A stretch of 64,000 nt of DNA. It comes from Neoechinorhynchus agilis (taxonomy: Eukaryota > Animalia > Acanthocephala). Made by a program: the position numbers and the translations under genes. Below, one piece after another: positions 10,440 to 21,190 of this stretch (within the stretch, counting starts at the first letter, position 1; each line of letters begins with the position of its first letter). The notes beneath the pieces are model-generated. The model worked only from the letters and a program-made list of their open reading frames with translations, was not told where the DNA came from and made no database searches. The DNA lies in NCBI GenBank assembly GCA_051530055.1, contig JBMGUZ010000005.1, positions 62,001 through 126,000 on the forward strand, read 5' to 3'.

Positions 10440-13181
10440 TTGTGGATTTTTGTTAGGCGGTCGATACTAATAAAAAGGTACGATGGTCGAATATGGAAAC
10501 TAGACAAATCACTACATTTGCCCTTTATGTTCAACCGGACCCGAACTTCAGGGCTCAAAGTAACCAAGAGCGGTCGCAAAGAACCTGGTAATAGACAAAC
10601 TGCGATTACTAAGGAGTTCATTGGAACTAGGGATTATTCGGAAAGATCTGTTTACCGATATGAACCAGTTGTTCTACATGTTTCCAATCTGGACTATAAA
10701 ATGAGTCGAGAAGAGTGGAGTCTATATTTTCACAAATGCTTCTCACAGATAGCCAGCATCATCAAGATCGAACTACGTGATTCCAACCCGATGAACAGTA
10801 ATGAACGCACTTATCGAACAAAGTCACTCAATGGATTTATCACGGTTGCTCACGAATCTGATGCAATGCAAATCATAAGCAGATTTCATAACAAAAAAGT
10901 GGGATATCGTCGTCTACAAATCCATATATTGGCACGCAATGTTGAGCGTAACGGCCGTCAAAGTAATGTAATAGATCTTGAGCTTCTGAAAGATAGGATC
11001 TCTTTCTTACTTTCTGGTCATGATCAGATGACGCTTACGGATTTGAACAATATTTACCGTCAGCATTTCACTGATTATAATATAACGAGCACTGAGTTGC
11101 TTAAGATTCCACGGGTAGTTGACGTTATTAGTTCAACAAATAGAGGTATATCGGTAAGATTGCGTGACACTTGGGGTTCGGATTCGGATGCAAAAGTCAG
11201 CAATATTGAGCCATCTGATTGGCAACCCTTACAATTGCGAGTTACCTGTGACAATTGTCGTAGTGCTACTGTATACTCACCAATGGAAGCTACCGTTAAG
11301 GTTGAATCTCCGTCTTTGAGCACGTTCAGTGGAAACGTTCGGAGATTGTTGGAACAACACGGCGGATCGGTGGATTTATCTCGATTTGTGTCTTGCTATA
11401 ATGCTTTATTTAAACCACTGATCACGAACGCATCTTCTGGCATTTGCTTGGAACATTACATTAGCTGTGTGGAGGGCGTTACTATCATGTCTGATTCTAC
11501 CAACACCCCCCAATGTGGAGAAAAATGCGGATCCGGTTTTTCTACCCTTTCTCCGGACTACCAGATAATAAAAAGAGTATCGTTGTATGAAGTATCTAAT
11601 CGACAATCGAACAATAAACCATTATGTACGATAATTCAATCCAAGACAACACTAGAGCGTGAGATTTTGAAGATATTAGAGAACGAAACTCACTGTGTGA
11701 TACCAGCGTGTACGTTTTTGAACGCCTATCACCGTCGATTTCATAGACAACTACGAGTAGCCGACTATGGATGTCGAAAAATCAGTGAACTATTTCAATC
11801 ATTGCCCGCGTATTTACAAGTCATCGGATCATTTAATGATCAATACCTTACATTGCCTCATACCGTTCAAATGCAAAGGTTTCAATTGTCTCTAAGAAGG
11901 ATATTCAGATCGACAAACAAAGAGTCAATAAATCTTGAAACTTTACTCGATTATTGGACGCTGTTAATCGGAAAGGCTTTTGATCCATATGATTTCGGCG
12001 TTACCTCAATACTTGATTTGTTGTATTGTCTTCGATCATCCAAAGAATTTAAGATAGTCACAACATCAGTGTCTTCTACAATCTTTAGATTCGTTAAATC
12101 TAAACAATGCCTTAACTTAACCAATGATATTTTGAATATTATGATTGACAAAGGTGGACTTCAAATTCGATGTTATGACTTACTAAACGAATTAGCCAAC
12201 AGGCTAGGGAAACGATTTGCAGATTTTACAGATCTTGAATACGACTTTGATCTACTTTTAGACTATGTCGACTGTTCCTTGATTCAGTTATCAGAATGTC
12301 TCGCTACTATGGAACAGCAGGTTACAGTAAGTCAAACTGGCCTTAAACTGGTACTGGGAGCTAAACTAGTCAAATTAGTTTCTAGAGGCGGCCGAAACTC
12401 GACCAACATTTCAGATTTGAAGCATTTGTGGTTTTCGGAAGAGATTGACGCACTTGACATCAATGCCTATGGATTCATTGATTTTTCTGATATGTTGATA
12501 CACATGAAGGAGTATGTGAGTGTTCTTGGTAACGGCTATGTAGAAATATGCCCCCGTCGAATTCGCTGTATTCTTCTATCAACTATAATTGACCTATTAG
12601 ATACCCAACTCAATTACGAAGATCAAATAGAACTCGATATATACGAATTCCAATCTAGAGTTAAAAATCAGTTCAATGTCCAGGTCAGATTATGTGATAT
12701 CGCTTCTTGTCTGGGTGACGAATTAGTCTCAATAAAAATTTCATCATTCAAATCGATTGATACAGTTCGCATTTCTGGCACAAAGTGTCTTATGTTCGCC
12801 AAGGCAATATTATCAATTTTCTATGAGCGATATGATATGATCAGACTGAACAATTATCCGCCCGGATATTCTAAACCTACGAGTGAACTTTGTCTAGATG
12901 AAATAATGCACATTTATGAACGAAAATTCGGCTTACCTTTAGACCCAATCAATTATGGATGTTACTCGTATCCATCGCTTTTGTCAAGGATGCCTGACAT
13001 TATCTCATTTCGACATCTTGTTACGAATGGTGGATCGGATCTTACTTTAATTTCGTTATCCCTTGCTTTCCAGTCCCTTTATTACCATTGGGTCAATTCC
13101 GTAAAAGTTGGGAATGCGAGCCAATTGATAAGAAATAAAATAGAGCAATGCTCACCGTTAAACAAATTCGTCGACAACTGA
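10440..13181 (+). CDS. MARF1: MARF1/limkain-b1-like protein: one RRM plus about 6-8 LOTUS (OST-HTH) domains, no NYN domain visible
   Basis: 913-codon uninterrupted ORF. The RRM (VLHVSNLDYKMSREE...ISRFHNKKVGYRRL) and LOTUS segments (STFSGNVRRLLEQHGGSV..GICLEHYISCVEGV; EREILKIL..CVIP..AYHRRFHRQLRVADYG..ELFQSLPAYLQVIG; FDPYDFGVTSILDLL) match MARF1 as recalled. First ATG is at 10527. A TTTTAG acceptor ends at 10436 in phase 0, so upstream exons are possible. Confidence 0.9.
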   Translation: MWIFVRRSILIKRYDGRIWKLDKSLHLPFMFNRTRTSGLKVTKSGRKEPGNRQTAITKEFIGTRDYSERSVYRYEPVVLHVSNLDYKMSREEWSLYFHKCFSQIASIIKIELRDSNPMNSNERTYRTKSLNGFITVAHESDAMQIISRFHNKKVGYRRLQIHILARNVERNGRQSNVIDLELLKDRISFLLSGHDQMTLTDLNNIYRQHFTDYNITSTELLKIPRVVDVISSTNRGISVRLRDTWGSDSDAKVSNIEPSDWQPLQLRVTCDNCRSATVYSPMEATVKVESPSLSTFSGNVRRLLEQHGGSVDLSRFVSCYNALFKPLITNASSGICLEHYISCVEGVTIMSDSTNTPQCGEKCGSGFSTLSPDYQIIKRVSLYEVSNRQSNNKPLCTIIQSKTTLEREILKILENETHCVIPACTFLNAYHRRFHRQLRVADYGCRKISELFQSLPAYLQVIGSFNDQYLTLPHTVQMQRFQLSLRRIFRSTNKESINLETLLDYWTLLIGKAFDPYDFGVTSILDLLYCLRSSKEFKIVTTSVSSTIFRFVKSKQCLNLTNDILNIMIDKGGLQIRCYDLLNELANRLGKRFADFTDLEYDFDLLLDYVDCSLIQLSECLATMEQQVTVSQTGLKLVLGAKLVKLVSRGGRNSTNISDLKHLWFSEEIDALDINAYGFIDFSDMLIHMKEYVSVLGNGYVEICPRRIRCILLSTIIDLLDTQLNYEDQIELDIYEFQSRVKNQFNVQVRLCDIASCLGDELVSIKISSFKSIDTVRISGTKCLMFAKAILSIFYERYDMIRLNNYPPGYSKPTSELCLDEIMHIYERKFGLPLDPINYGCYSYPSLLSRMPDIISFRHLVTNGGSDLTLISLSLAFQSLYYHWVNSVKVGNASQLIRNKIEQCSPLNKFVDN

Positions 13182-13253
13182 AGCGATTTGCTGGCTGTCA
13201 ATCGCGAGGATTTCTCTGCATTCTTCATTGTAAAATAAAGAATCCTTAATTTA
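13178..13253 (-). repeat. 76-bp dispersed repeat overlapping the MARF1 stop codon, inverted partner of 5342-5417
   Basis: The MARF1 TGA (13179-13181) lies inside the inner end of the repeat; 69 of 76 bases match the partner. Confidence 0.85.
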
Positions 13254-13962
13254 GTAAAATGTCGTAGGCGGCAATTGGCTTTCACGTGAAGGCATTTAAG
13301 AGTAGTTTTTGATAATAAAACTCTTGTGGAACAAAACGACTTCATCATATACCCGGCCATTTCTGTAAAAAGCAATTCAAATACTCTTAACTTGGTCGTT
13401 AATTAAGCCGCCGCATTTCCTGGAACGTTTATTATTTCTACAAATAATGTTCTTTAGCTGTTGTGAAAAGACCCATCGACCGTAATTTGCTGCATCAAAC
13501 TATGGACTATAGCCCCTTACCGCGATTTCGTTATCCATCAAATTTTTGTGCCATAAAAACGCACTTGTTGTGTTTTATCCACTTTGACGATTACCGATTG
13601 CTAGAAAAACTGGTCGCCGATCTAATCAACGTGTTTCTTGGAAAAATAGGTAAATAATTAAGTGGCAACATTGTTTCATCTAGAAACGGATTACCCGATT
13701 GGTATAGTTTTATTCGTTATTGGCTTTTCTATACAAAAAAACCCGATTTATCTGATAATTTTAGAGTGTGGTTAGTTTATGAATTGTTATTGTGGCGTGG
13801 AAGGTTTTTTTGACAAATGGAAGAAAATCCTGGTACAAATCAGGGGCGCACTCGTGTTCTATAATCTCAAGATTTTGTGTCAAACAAGTAAACAGTTTAT
13901 AAATAAACAAACATGCAAAACAAATCATCAATAGCAGAGATCGAGATCGGAAAACGAATAAA

Positions 13963-15574
13963 TTACAGCGGATCAAGTACCTGCATCTTGGCGGTTCCCC
14001 TGTGGGCACGGTTGTTGTGGAGAATCGCAAGCTTGTAGAAGGTGGTAGTATAATTGCATGATGTGCACCGGACAGCTCCGCCTTGCAAATGCAATCCCAG
14101 ATGATCCACTTGATTCTCGAGTGCACAATCTATGCGCACTTTGCAAAAAGAGCAAATAATATTGTCTTTTTGAAGCTTCACGGTATTGGATTTCTTAAGA
14201 TGCGATTTCGAGAGCGTCTTCTTTTTGTTCGAATGAATGAAGACATCGACTTGTCGACTGATTTCCATTATTCCCTCATACCTCTCAGGGTAGTAGGCAG
14301 TGTAGATCCGGAAATAATCGAGGAACATTTGTTCAATTTGTTTTCCTTTTGAGTGTGCATTCACCTTTTGTCTCATTTCCAAAAGGCGGCCAGCGATGTG
14401 CTGCAAGAGTTGGTCGAAAGAGAGGTTTTCATAGAGAATAAATCCACACAGTGATTCAGTGTTCAAAATGGTCCCGAAAGTGCTCTCGTATAATTTTAAC
14501 GTGTTCATGGCTGTATTGTTTCCCAAATCATGATAAGACTCGTTCAATACGCCCACCGACTGATGAATCTGTGCGATGTGTTGGCGCATTGACTCCTGAC
14601 TTTCTCCGCGATAGAAGCATTTAGCGCATTTGAACTGCTTCAATGGATTGATCAAGGGCATTGAGGATGGAAGATTTGGTTCGCCAATATAAAAGCGTGG
14701 AACATCGATCGGCACTTTAGACTGGGCCACCAAATGGTTCAATTGGAACATGTCCTTATGACCTGACTCGTTTTCCATCTTTATAAACTTTTGCGGGTGC
14801 GATAGCTCGGCGGATCTATCTAGCGCGCCCGCACAAAACGGTTGACGTTTTCGTCGGTGGCTTGAGTGACGATGTCTCTCCAGGATGTACATATCGATTG
14901 TGGCCTTCGCTTCCTCCTCCGGTAAGACCTCTACAACCGCTTCGTGTGGCTCGTATTTTTTCCTGTTCCGAATGTGCTTTTGGACGTCCGACTTATAGTT
15001 CGCTCTTTGGCCACAAAATGAACATTTGAACGGTTTGAGGTTATGGTGTGCCGCCATGTGGATATAGAATTTGTCAGTTGAATAAGTCCCGAACTTGAAA
15101 CAGATATCGCACTCCATTCGACCCGCTCGTTGGCTCCTTGGACCCGGCAGTCGCACTTTCATGGACGACATCGCAGGCGTTGGCAGAACTGATTTAGCGC
15201 CCGTTGTGTCCCTACGATAGCAACCCTGTTCAAGTTTAAACCTTTCTTAAGGTGTACTCACATTATTCGACTCGTGATAGATACAACTCTAGGTTGGTCC
15301 TTATGCTTTCTGCTTTGATGCTTGCATACATCGGCCCGATATTTGGATTTGTACGGACAATAATGGCACTCATACAGTCGACATTGAATCTTTTGTCCAC
15401 TTGAGAGTGCGGACTCCGGTTTAATGGAGGTTTCCCTGGTTAAACGATTATCCGAGTACTCATTAGAAGATATGGCTAAAAGATCGAGTCAAATGTCACG
15501 CGAACTAGACACTTACCCAAGTACGCATTCAACTCAGCGTGGATTTGCTTGGGAGTAATCGCCGATAGTTCCAT
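13963..15574 (-). CDS. Multi-C2H2 zinc-finger protein, about 506 aa, 3 exons
   Basis: Exons 15517-15574, 15262-15475 and 13963-15211 join in frame across GT-AG introns of 41 nt (15476-15516) and 50 nt (15212-15261). Six CxxC..H fingers include YECHYC..KHQSRKH, FKCSFC, FKCAKC and VRCTSC. An extra 5' exon (~15760-15795) and a 3' exon (~13761-13865) are possible but weaker. Confidence 0.85.
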
Positions 15575-15598
15575 CTTTTTATAAGTATTCACCGCTAC

Positions 15599-15619
15599 CA
15601 ACAACAACAACAACAACAA
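15599..15619 (+). repeat. (CAA)7 microsatellite
   Basis: Read directly; it lies just upstream of the zinc-finger ATG. Confidence 0.9.
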
Positions 15620-16622
15620 CAGCTACAAATCAGAAACAAAAATTATATTCACAGCAGCAGCCGTCGTCGTCGGCCCAAGGTCCGTTATGATCGCAAACCT
15701 GATGTAATGCCGCCTGTGGCCCCCCATTGATTATTCATTCGGTGCCGCAGCCTTTGTACCTGCGTGTTCATCGAGTATTCATTGTTTTTGATCATTACAT
15801 CAACTAAGGCCGATCGATGCGCTCTACTTGTGCTGGACGCAACGGCAAACACGGACCCGCTAAGACGAATCTTTGTGAAATCCTAGAAGTATTTAAAGCA
15901 CAATGCCCTTGAATAAGACAAATTGGCAATTACCTTGACCAGGACCCTTCTTGTAACATGGATATATCAAATTATGAACTAATGAAGCGCTTCTATTCTT
16001 TGAAAAGCATCCTTAATTACATTCGTAATTTTTTTTGAAGAATCCGATTTCAGCCTTTGGTCAGTTTACCTAAAAATACCTACAAACGGAAGCAAAAATC
16101 CCTTCGGTCAATTTGATCGTCCAAAGACGTCAAGTCCTGTAACTCGACAAAGAATGCTTAAAATACAAGTTGGTGGATTTTCGATTAATCTCACAACCGC
16201 GTGTTATTCTTTTCGATTGTCCTTAGTCAATTTAAGCAGTTAAAAACAAATTAAGAAGTAATACGTCGAGGCAAATGCCACATTTGAGTGATATGCCGTT
16301 TTTGGACCGCAATCGTTTCTATGTTATTGGTTGTGAAATTGGAATAAAATTTTAAACAATTAGACGGCAATCATTTCTATTTTCCAAGCTGTAGAGTCTG
16401 AATAGAATTTAAAAAATCGAACAGCATGTTCCGGGTAATAATAACACATTTGATTAATGCACTCGTGTACGTCGAGTAAAATTAATTTATTTGGAAGCAA
16501 AGGTATTGTTGGAGATTAATGAAACTTGAAGATTAAATCCAGCAATCAAAGGTAAAAAAGCTAAAAAGAAGGAAATTATTGCGGGTCAGAATATTACATA
16601 TCTACCAGCGAGTCGGTCTCAC

Positions 16623-17581
16623 AGCTAAAGTTATAAAACCTTTTCGTAAATGCAAGACTTGGTTTTTGAAAATATGAATTCATTTCCTTCAGGAATGTCG
16701 ATGCTTCGCGGTCACATTGACATCTTCACTGTCCGTTTTCATCCCGAATTGTGGAATTGAAACAAACAGAAATCTTCATCGATGGATACAAAAAATTTTC
16801 TTTAATTTTTTTCGGTGCCCTCTGAAGTGTCCGAGCGGACACTGTACTCGTCATTGGGCTTTGGCCTGAGGCCGCAACTTACTGTAAATTGTTTCGAGAT
16901 AGACGTGAAAGTTAGAAAGCTGTTTTTCGCAGTGAGAGTTCGTTAGCGAAAATCGATACTCTTTTAATGTTCTTTGAAAAGTGAGCCTTACCTTAACTCA
17001 CGGAGAAAAACTTCTTGCGCTCTTCGCTATCTATGAACTCGTCAATAAACACCTTACCTTGAAAGTTGCGACGAATCCAACAGAGCTTAAAAAAAACTAA
17101 AATTATAATTAATTTTTACCTTTCAATACAAGTATATTTGAATCTTTGCTAAAAACCAGAGGGAGTGAAATATAAAAGTCGTTAAAATAGTCAAGAGTTT
17201 CCATCGCAAATTCTACTTAGTATACAACGCCTATGCTTTTTCGAGGCAATAAAAAGAGTTAACGATATTCTTCATGTCATTTCAGGCCAATGATCTTTCA
17301 AGGAAAATAACTACAAAACCGCTTTTTAGACATATCAGAATATTTCACAACGGAACACCGAAGCTTGAAAGGCTGTTTCTACAGTCGTTGGACAGCATTT
17401 TATTAAAAATACATGGAGACTTCTTGTTCGAAGAATGAAATGATGGATGAGCAATAAAAAGCTCAGGAAAATATTATTGCTACCATTAAAATTCGAATTC
17501 GATGCCCTAAAGTGTTGAATGGAGGTTTCGAGCATCGTCGTATCCGAATTTAATGGCAATAATTTAAGTGATTTTATGATC
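16623..17581 (+). repeat. Duplicated block A, copy 1
   Basis: Starts AGCTAAAGTTATAAAACC and ends GTGATTTTATGATC. It recurs at 23483, 40940 (tail only), 48054 and 58987. Confidence 0.9.
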
Positions 17582-17906
17582 TTTTTGCAATGCAAATTCT
17601 CTCTTTTAAGAATCGCTTCTACGGAACCTCATCCTATTTCTCTTCTACTCTTATCATTTGCAACTTCGTGTACACGCTTACCAACGCTCTCACTAATTCA
17701 AATTTAGAACATTGGAGGATTGGCTACCACAAATAAAGAAATAGTACGATATAAAAATCAAGTGCTCCCAAATATTTGTATGATTGTACAAGTGCTAATG
17801 AGCCAAGGCCTTGTTCGAATATGAAACATTTTTAATTTCACGAACAGTTACAAAACTATATAATAATAACACATTTTATTAATAATCGATGCTTAACTTT
17901 GAACGG

Positions 17907-18752
17907 TCAGAAAAATATCCTTCTGAAGTAGTTGAATGCCGCAACGGCCACTTGGTAGACGGCATCAATAATATTCTTTATTGTTGTCAATCCATTCCAA
18001 GGTTTCGATACGATATTCGGCTCCGTTTGCGTGCTACTTTCTTGCAAATCTATTATCTTGCACGTCGCTGGGCGTACATAACGACCTTGAGGTTCTTTTG
18101 GTTCTACTTCACTAAATAAAGTGAAAAACTCGCTGCATTTTTCGAATTCCAACGACGACTCATTAAATATATCGGTTGATTCCTGATAATCGAGAAACGA
18201 TTCGTAGTAATCTTCGTTTCCATTCCAAACGTGATTAAAGGCCGGATTCTCACAATAGAGAAGAGGTGAGCCATATTCGTCCATTCCTGATCGTGAATCG
18301 TAATAATCAAAAGTCACGTTCTCGAAACCTGGTGGAGTTGAGAAGTATCCTTCGTTTTCGGGCTCGTAATCGTAATAAGAAAATGAGCAATTTTCAAAAC
18401 CTGGTGGAGGTAAGCAATATTCTTCATTTCCAATCGATGAATGATTATTACTGAAGTCATCTATGCTTGGTGGTGACTCATTGAAAATAAAAGTGAAATC
18501 ATCAAAGCCGGGCGGAGGTGCACAATTATTTATAGTATTATCTGCGTTTTCCAAAATTTTTTCGACTTCTCGATCGAGGTAAATATCATCATCGAAGGGA
18601 TTATATATTTGGTGACCTTGGTGAATAATGTTGAACGTTGGTGGATCTGGATGACTGAAACTATTGGGTTGACCAGAGATGTGGTTCCGCAGGAATTGTG
18701 CGCTTTCCTCGATTGGTGGTGCCCTTATCCCGAATGGTTGTCTTGTCGTCAT
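17907..18752 (-). CDS. Unrecognised 281-aa acidic/Pro-rich protein with three PPGF motifs, copy 1
   Basis: Intact ATG-to-TGA ORF with motifs APPPGFDD, LPPPGFEN and STPPGFEN and a hydrophobic/amphipathic C-terminus. An intact paralogue lies at 49373-50218. Confidence 0.7.
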   Translation of the reverse strand: MTTRQPFGIRAPPIEESAQFLRNHISGQPNSFSHPDPPTFNIIHQGHQIYNPFDDDIYLDREVEKILENADNTINNCAPPPGFDDFTFIFNESPPSIDDFSNNHSSIGNEEYCLPPPGFENCSFSYYDYEPENEGYFSTPPGFENVTFDYYDSRSGMDEYGSPLLYCENPAFNHVWNGNEDYYESFLDYQESTDIFNESSLEFEKCSEFFTLFSEVEPKEPQGRYVRPATCKIIDLQESSTQTEPNIVSKPWNGLTTIKNIIDAVYQVAVAAFNYFRRIFF

Positions 18753-20220
18753 ACTTCAAATCTGTAGCTCTGAACTGTCTAAAATTAGGAAACTACGGTT
18801 AGTCGAGATTTTGGAGGCTTTACTTTCTTTATCAGGTTTTCTAATGATCCACGAAAAAGTTCAGTTACTTAACAGCAAAATGTTTCTATAAACCTGACGC
18901 AGCGCTTCGAATGGCAGGTGATTTTCAAATCATTCCAAATCAAAACTAATGCAATTTCTGCAAATTTTATGACATTTCATATCACTAAAACTCCGCTGAA
19001 TTGCAACATTCTGATTCGAAAATTCTTTACTGTATCGCTTGCGACACTTATCAAGACATTACAACGGATATCACAAACGTATTGATTGTCTACGGTTGAA
19101 ACACCGATACGTGTTAAAGAAGTCGATTTTTATCTGTCGATTGAACCGTAAAATTAATGACACACAACTAATGAGGCGTGAAAATTCGTTTCGGAACAAG
19201 CGACTTAGTTGTTGTTAATACCTTACAGTTACTTTAGCATTAAAATTCGATGCTTTTTACAAAGACAGGTAATTAGAGCATGCTGATTGGCTACTTTTCA
19301 TTGAGGAAACCATACACGTGATGTTCCGAAATATGTGGAGGGAAAAACGTTTGTGCTAATACCTCGCTATCTATTGATCGATTAACCCATTTCATCAAAT
19401 TTTACTTCCAAAAATACCCCAAAAATACAGATTCAATTCGAGATCTCATTATGTAAATTTGTCCGAAATTTCCACCCTCGATTTAATAGAAAAATTTCTT
19501 GCTTGGATTTCATTAGATTTTTGAAAGGATGCAACGCGGACGAAAATGGTCTCGAAACCGTTATCCAATATCTCTTCTCTTTTGAAGCATTTAATTTAAT
19601 TGAAACCGTTTTGTGGTCATTGAACGAAGAAAAAGATTTGAATTCAGCCCCCCTGCAGGTAAAATGCAAATATGGACGCTAATTTTGAACTTGCGGAATC
19701 GAAAACAATTCCACCAAGCTCAAAGGCCTCAATCTTATAATTCCAACTTAAAAAATGAATGAAATAGTAGGAAAAGAAGCACTAAAAACGACGATGATAG
19801 TTTCACCAATATGCTAAAATGTTTATTGTGCCAAAAAATTAATAGTATCAATACTCTCAGTGTGCATTTCGGACCATTGCATATCAATGGGAGATACAAA
19901 AGCAATCGAGAGAATTGCTATAAAATATTAAATTAAAAGCTATCTTGTGAACGTCATAGTATGAATCCAAAAGACGATATCCGTGTAGATTCTCCCAAGC
20001 TCAGGGTAGAAATGAAGTATCGAAATATAATTACACCTATGAACAAATCAACATCTAAGGAGGAAATGGATAAGCTTATTGAGATTAAATTGCCAAAAGA
20101 TGAATGTCAAATTCAAGAGTAAAGTAACTATCAAAAAGAAAGTGTCCCTTCCAATTAATAAAAGTATCCATAAAAATCAATAGGTTGTAGATTCTATCTC
20201 TTGATAAAAAAAACAGCAAT

Positions 20221-21190
20221 TGACATGTCTTAATGACAACATTTTTCCTTCCGCAATATTAAAAAGCACGTTATAAATATTGCTCACGCGCTGGAATAAT
20301 GACGTTCCTTGATCGATTTGGCATTGAGAAATATTATAGTTCTTAATAATCTTTGCATTTATTTGCATGGTATCGATGGTTATGAGGATCGGGAAATCGA
20401 GAAGTTTCAACGACCAACAGAATCAGCTGGTGGAAGTTCGAGAAAGAGGGAAATGAATAGTGATGCCTTAGCGGTCCTCAGGATCCCATTCGTTAGAGAA
20501 AAACCCAAGAGCGACATCAGGAGGCTCAAAAAGAGACAGGTCTATAAATTCCATCAGTTCACAGGAGCCCTCCGAAAAAGCATCCGGCAAGCAATGTCCA
20601 AGGACGATTGACGTCAAAAATGCCACTTTGCACGAGGAGTAATGCAAACTATTAGACTAAATGTGTTCAATGCGCACAAGAACAGATTCGAGTCGTCTAC
20701 ATTGGGAAGATGGACGTATTTGTGAACAGTTTCGTAATGCATTACCTAAAGAATGCCACTTCCTTTTCAGTTGGTTTCGCTGCTCAGTACCTTCAAGATG
20801 CATTAACCCGCTTGGTCGATCGACAGTGAGAGTGAGGGCTCAAATTCTAGATCAGATATCCATGGGACACGATCTTATTTTATTTGAATTTGGACAGTTC
20901 GATTTAAAGACTAAAGTGGTTTTCAATGACAAGACTATCATTAATTTCAAACCATCAAATAAAATCTAATCTGTATAAAATTAACTGAAATGAATAATAT
21001 TATGTCCAAGGCCCCCAATGATAACTTGGTCACCTTTTCATGTCTAAGGAAACAGAGACCCTCCAAATTAACAAATTTTCGTATGAGGTTATCAATAATC
21101 AGTGAATTGCAAGGAAACATGACCTTAAGTAAATTTTAAAAAGCAGAATTTTACAAATATCTTGCAAATGAAAATCTAGAAAGAGATGTC
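20221..21190 (+). repeat. Duplicated block B, copy 1
   Basis: Recurs at ~42076-42925 and ~51052-52020. All three copies share the same junction to a truncated CRE element. Confidence 0.9.

Noticed and set aside
11075-14352. Short ORFs antisense or out of frame to MARF1 and the zinc-finger gene
   Set aside because: Expected shadow ORFs of long coding regions, with no independent evidence.
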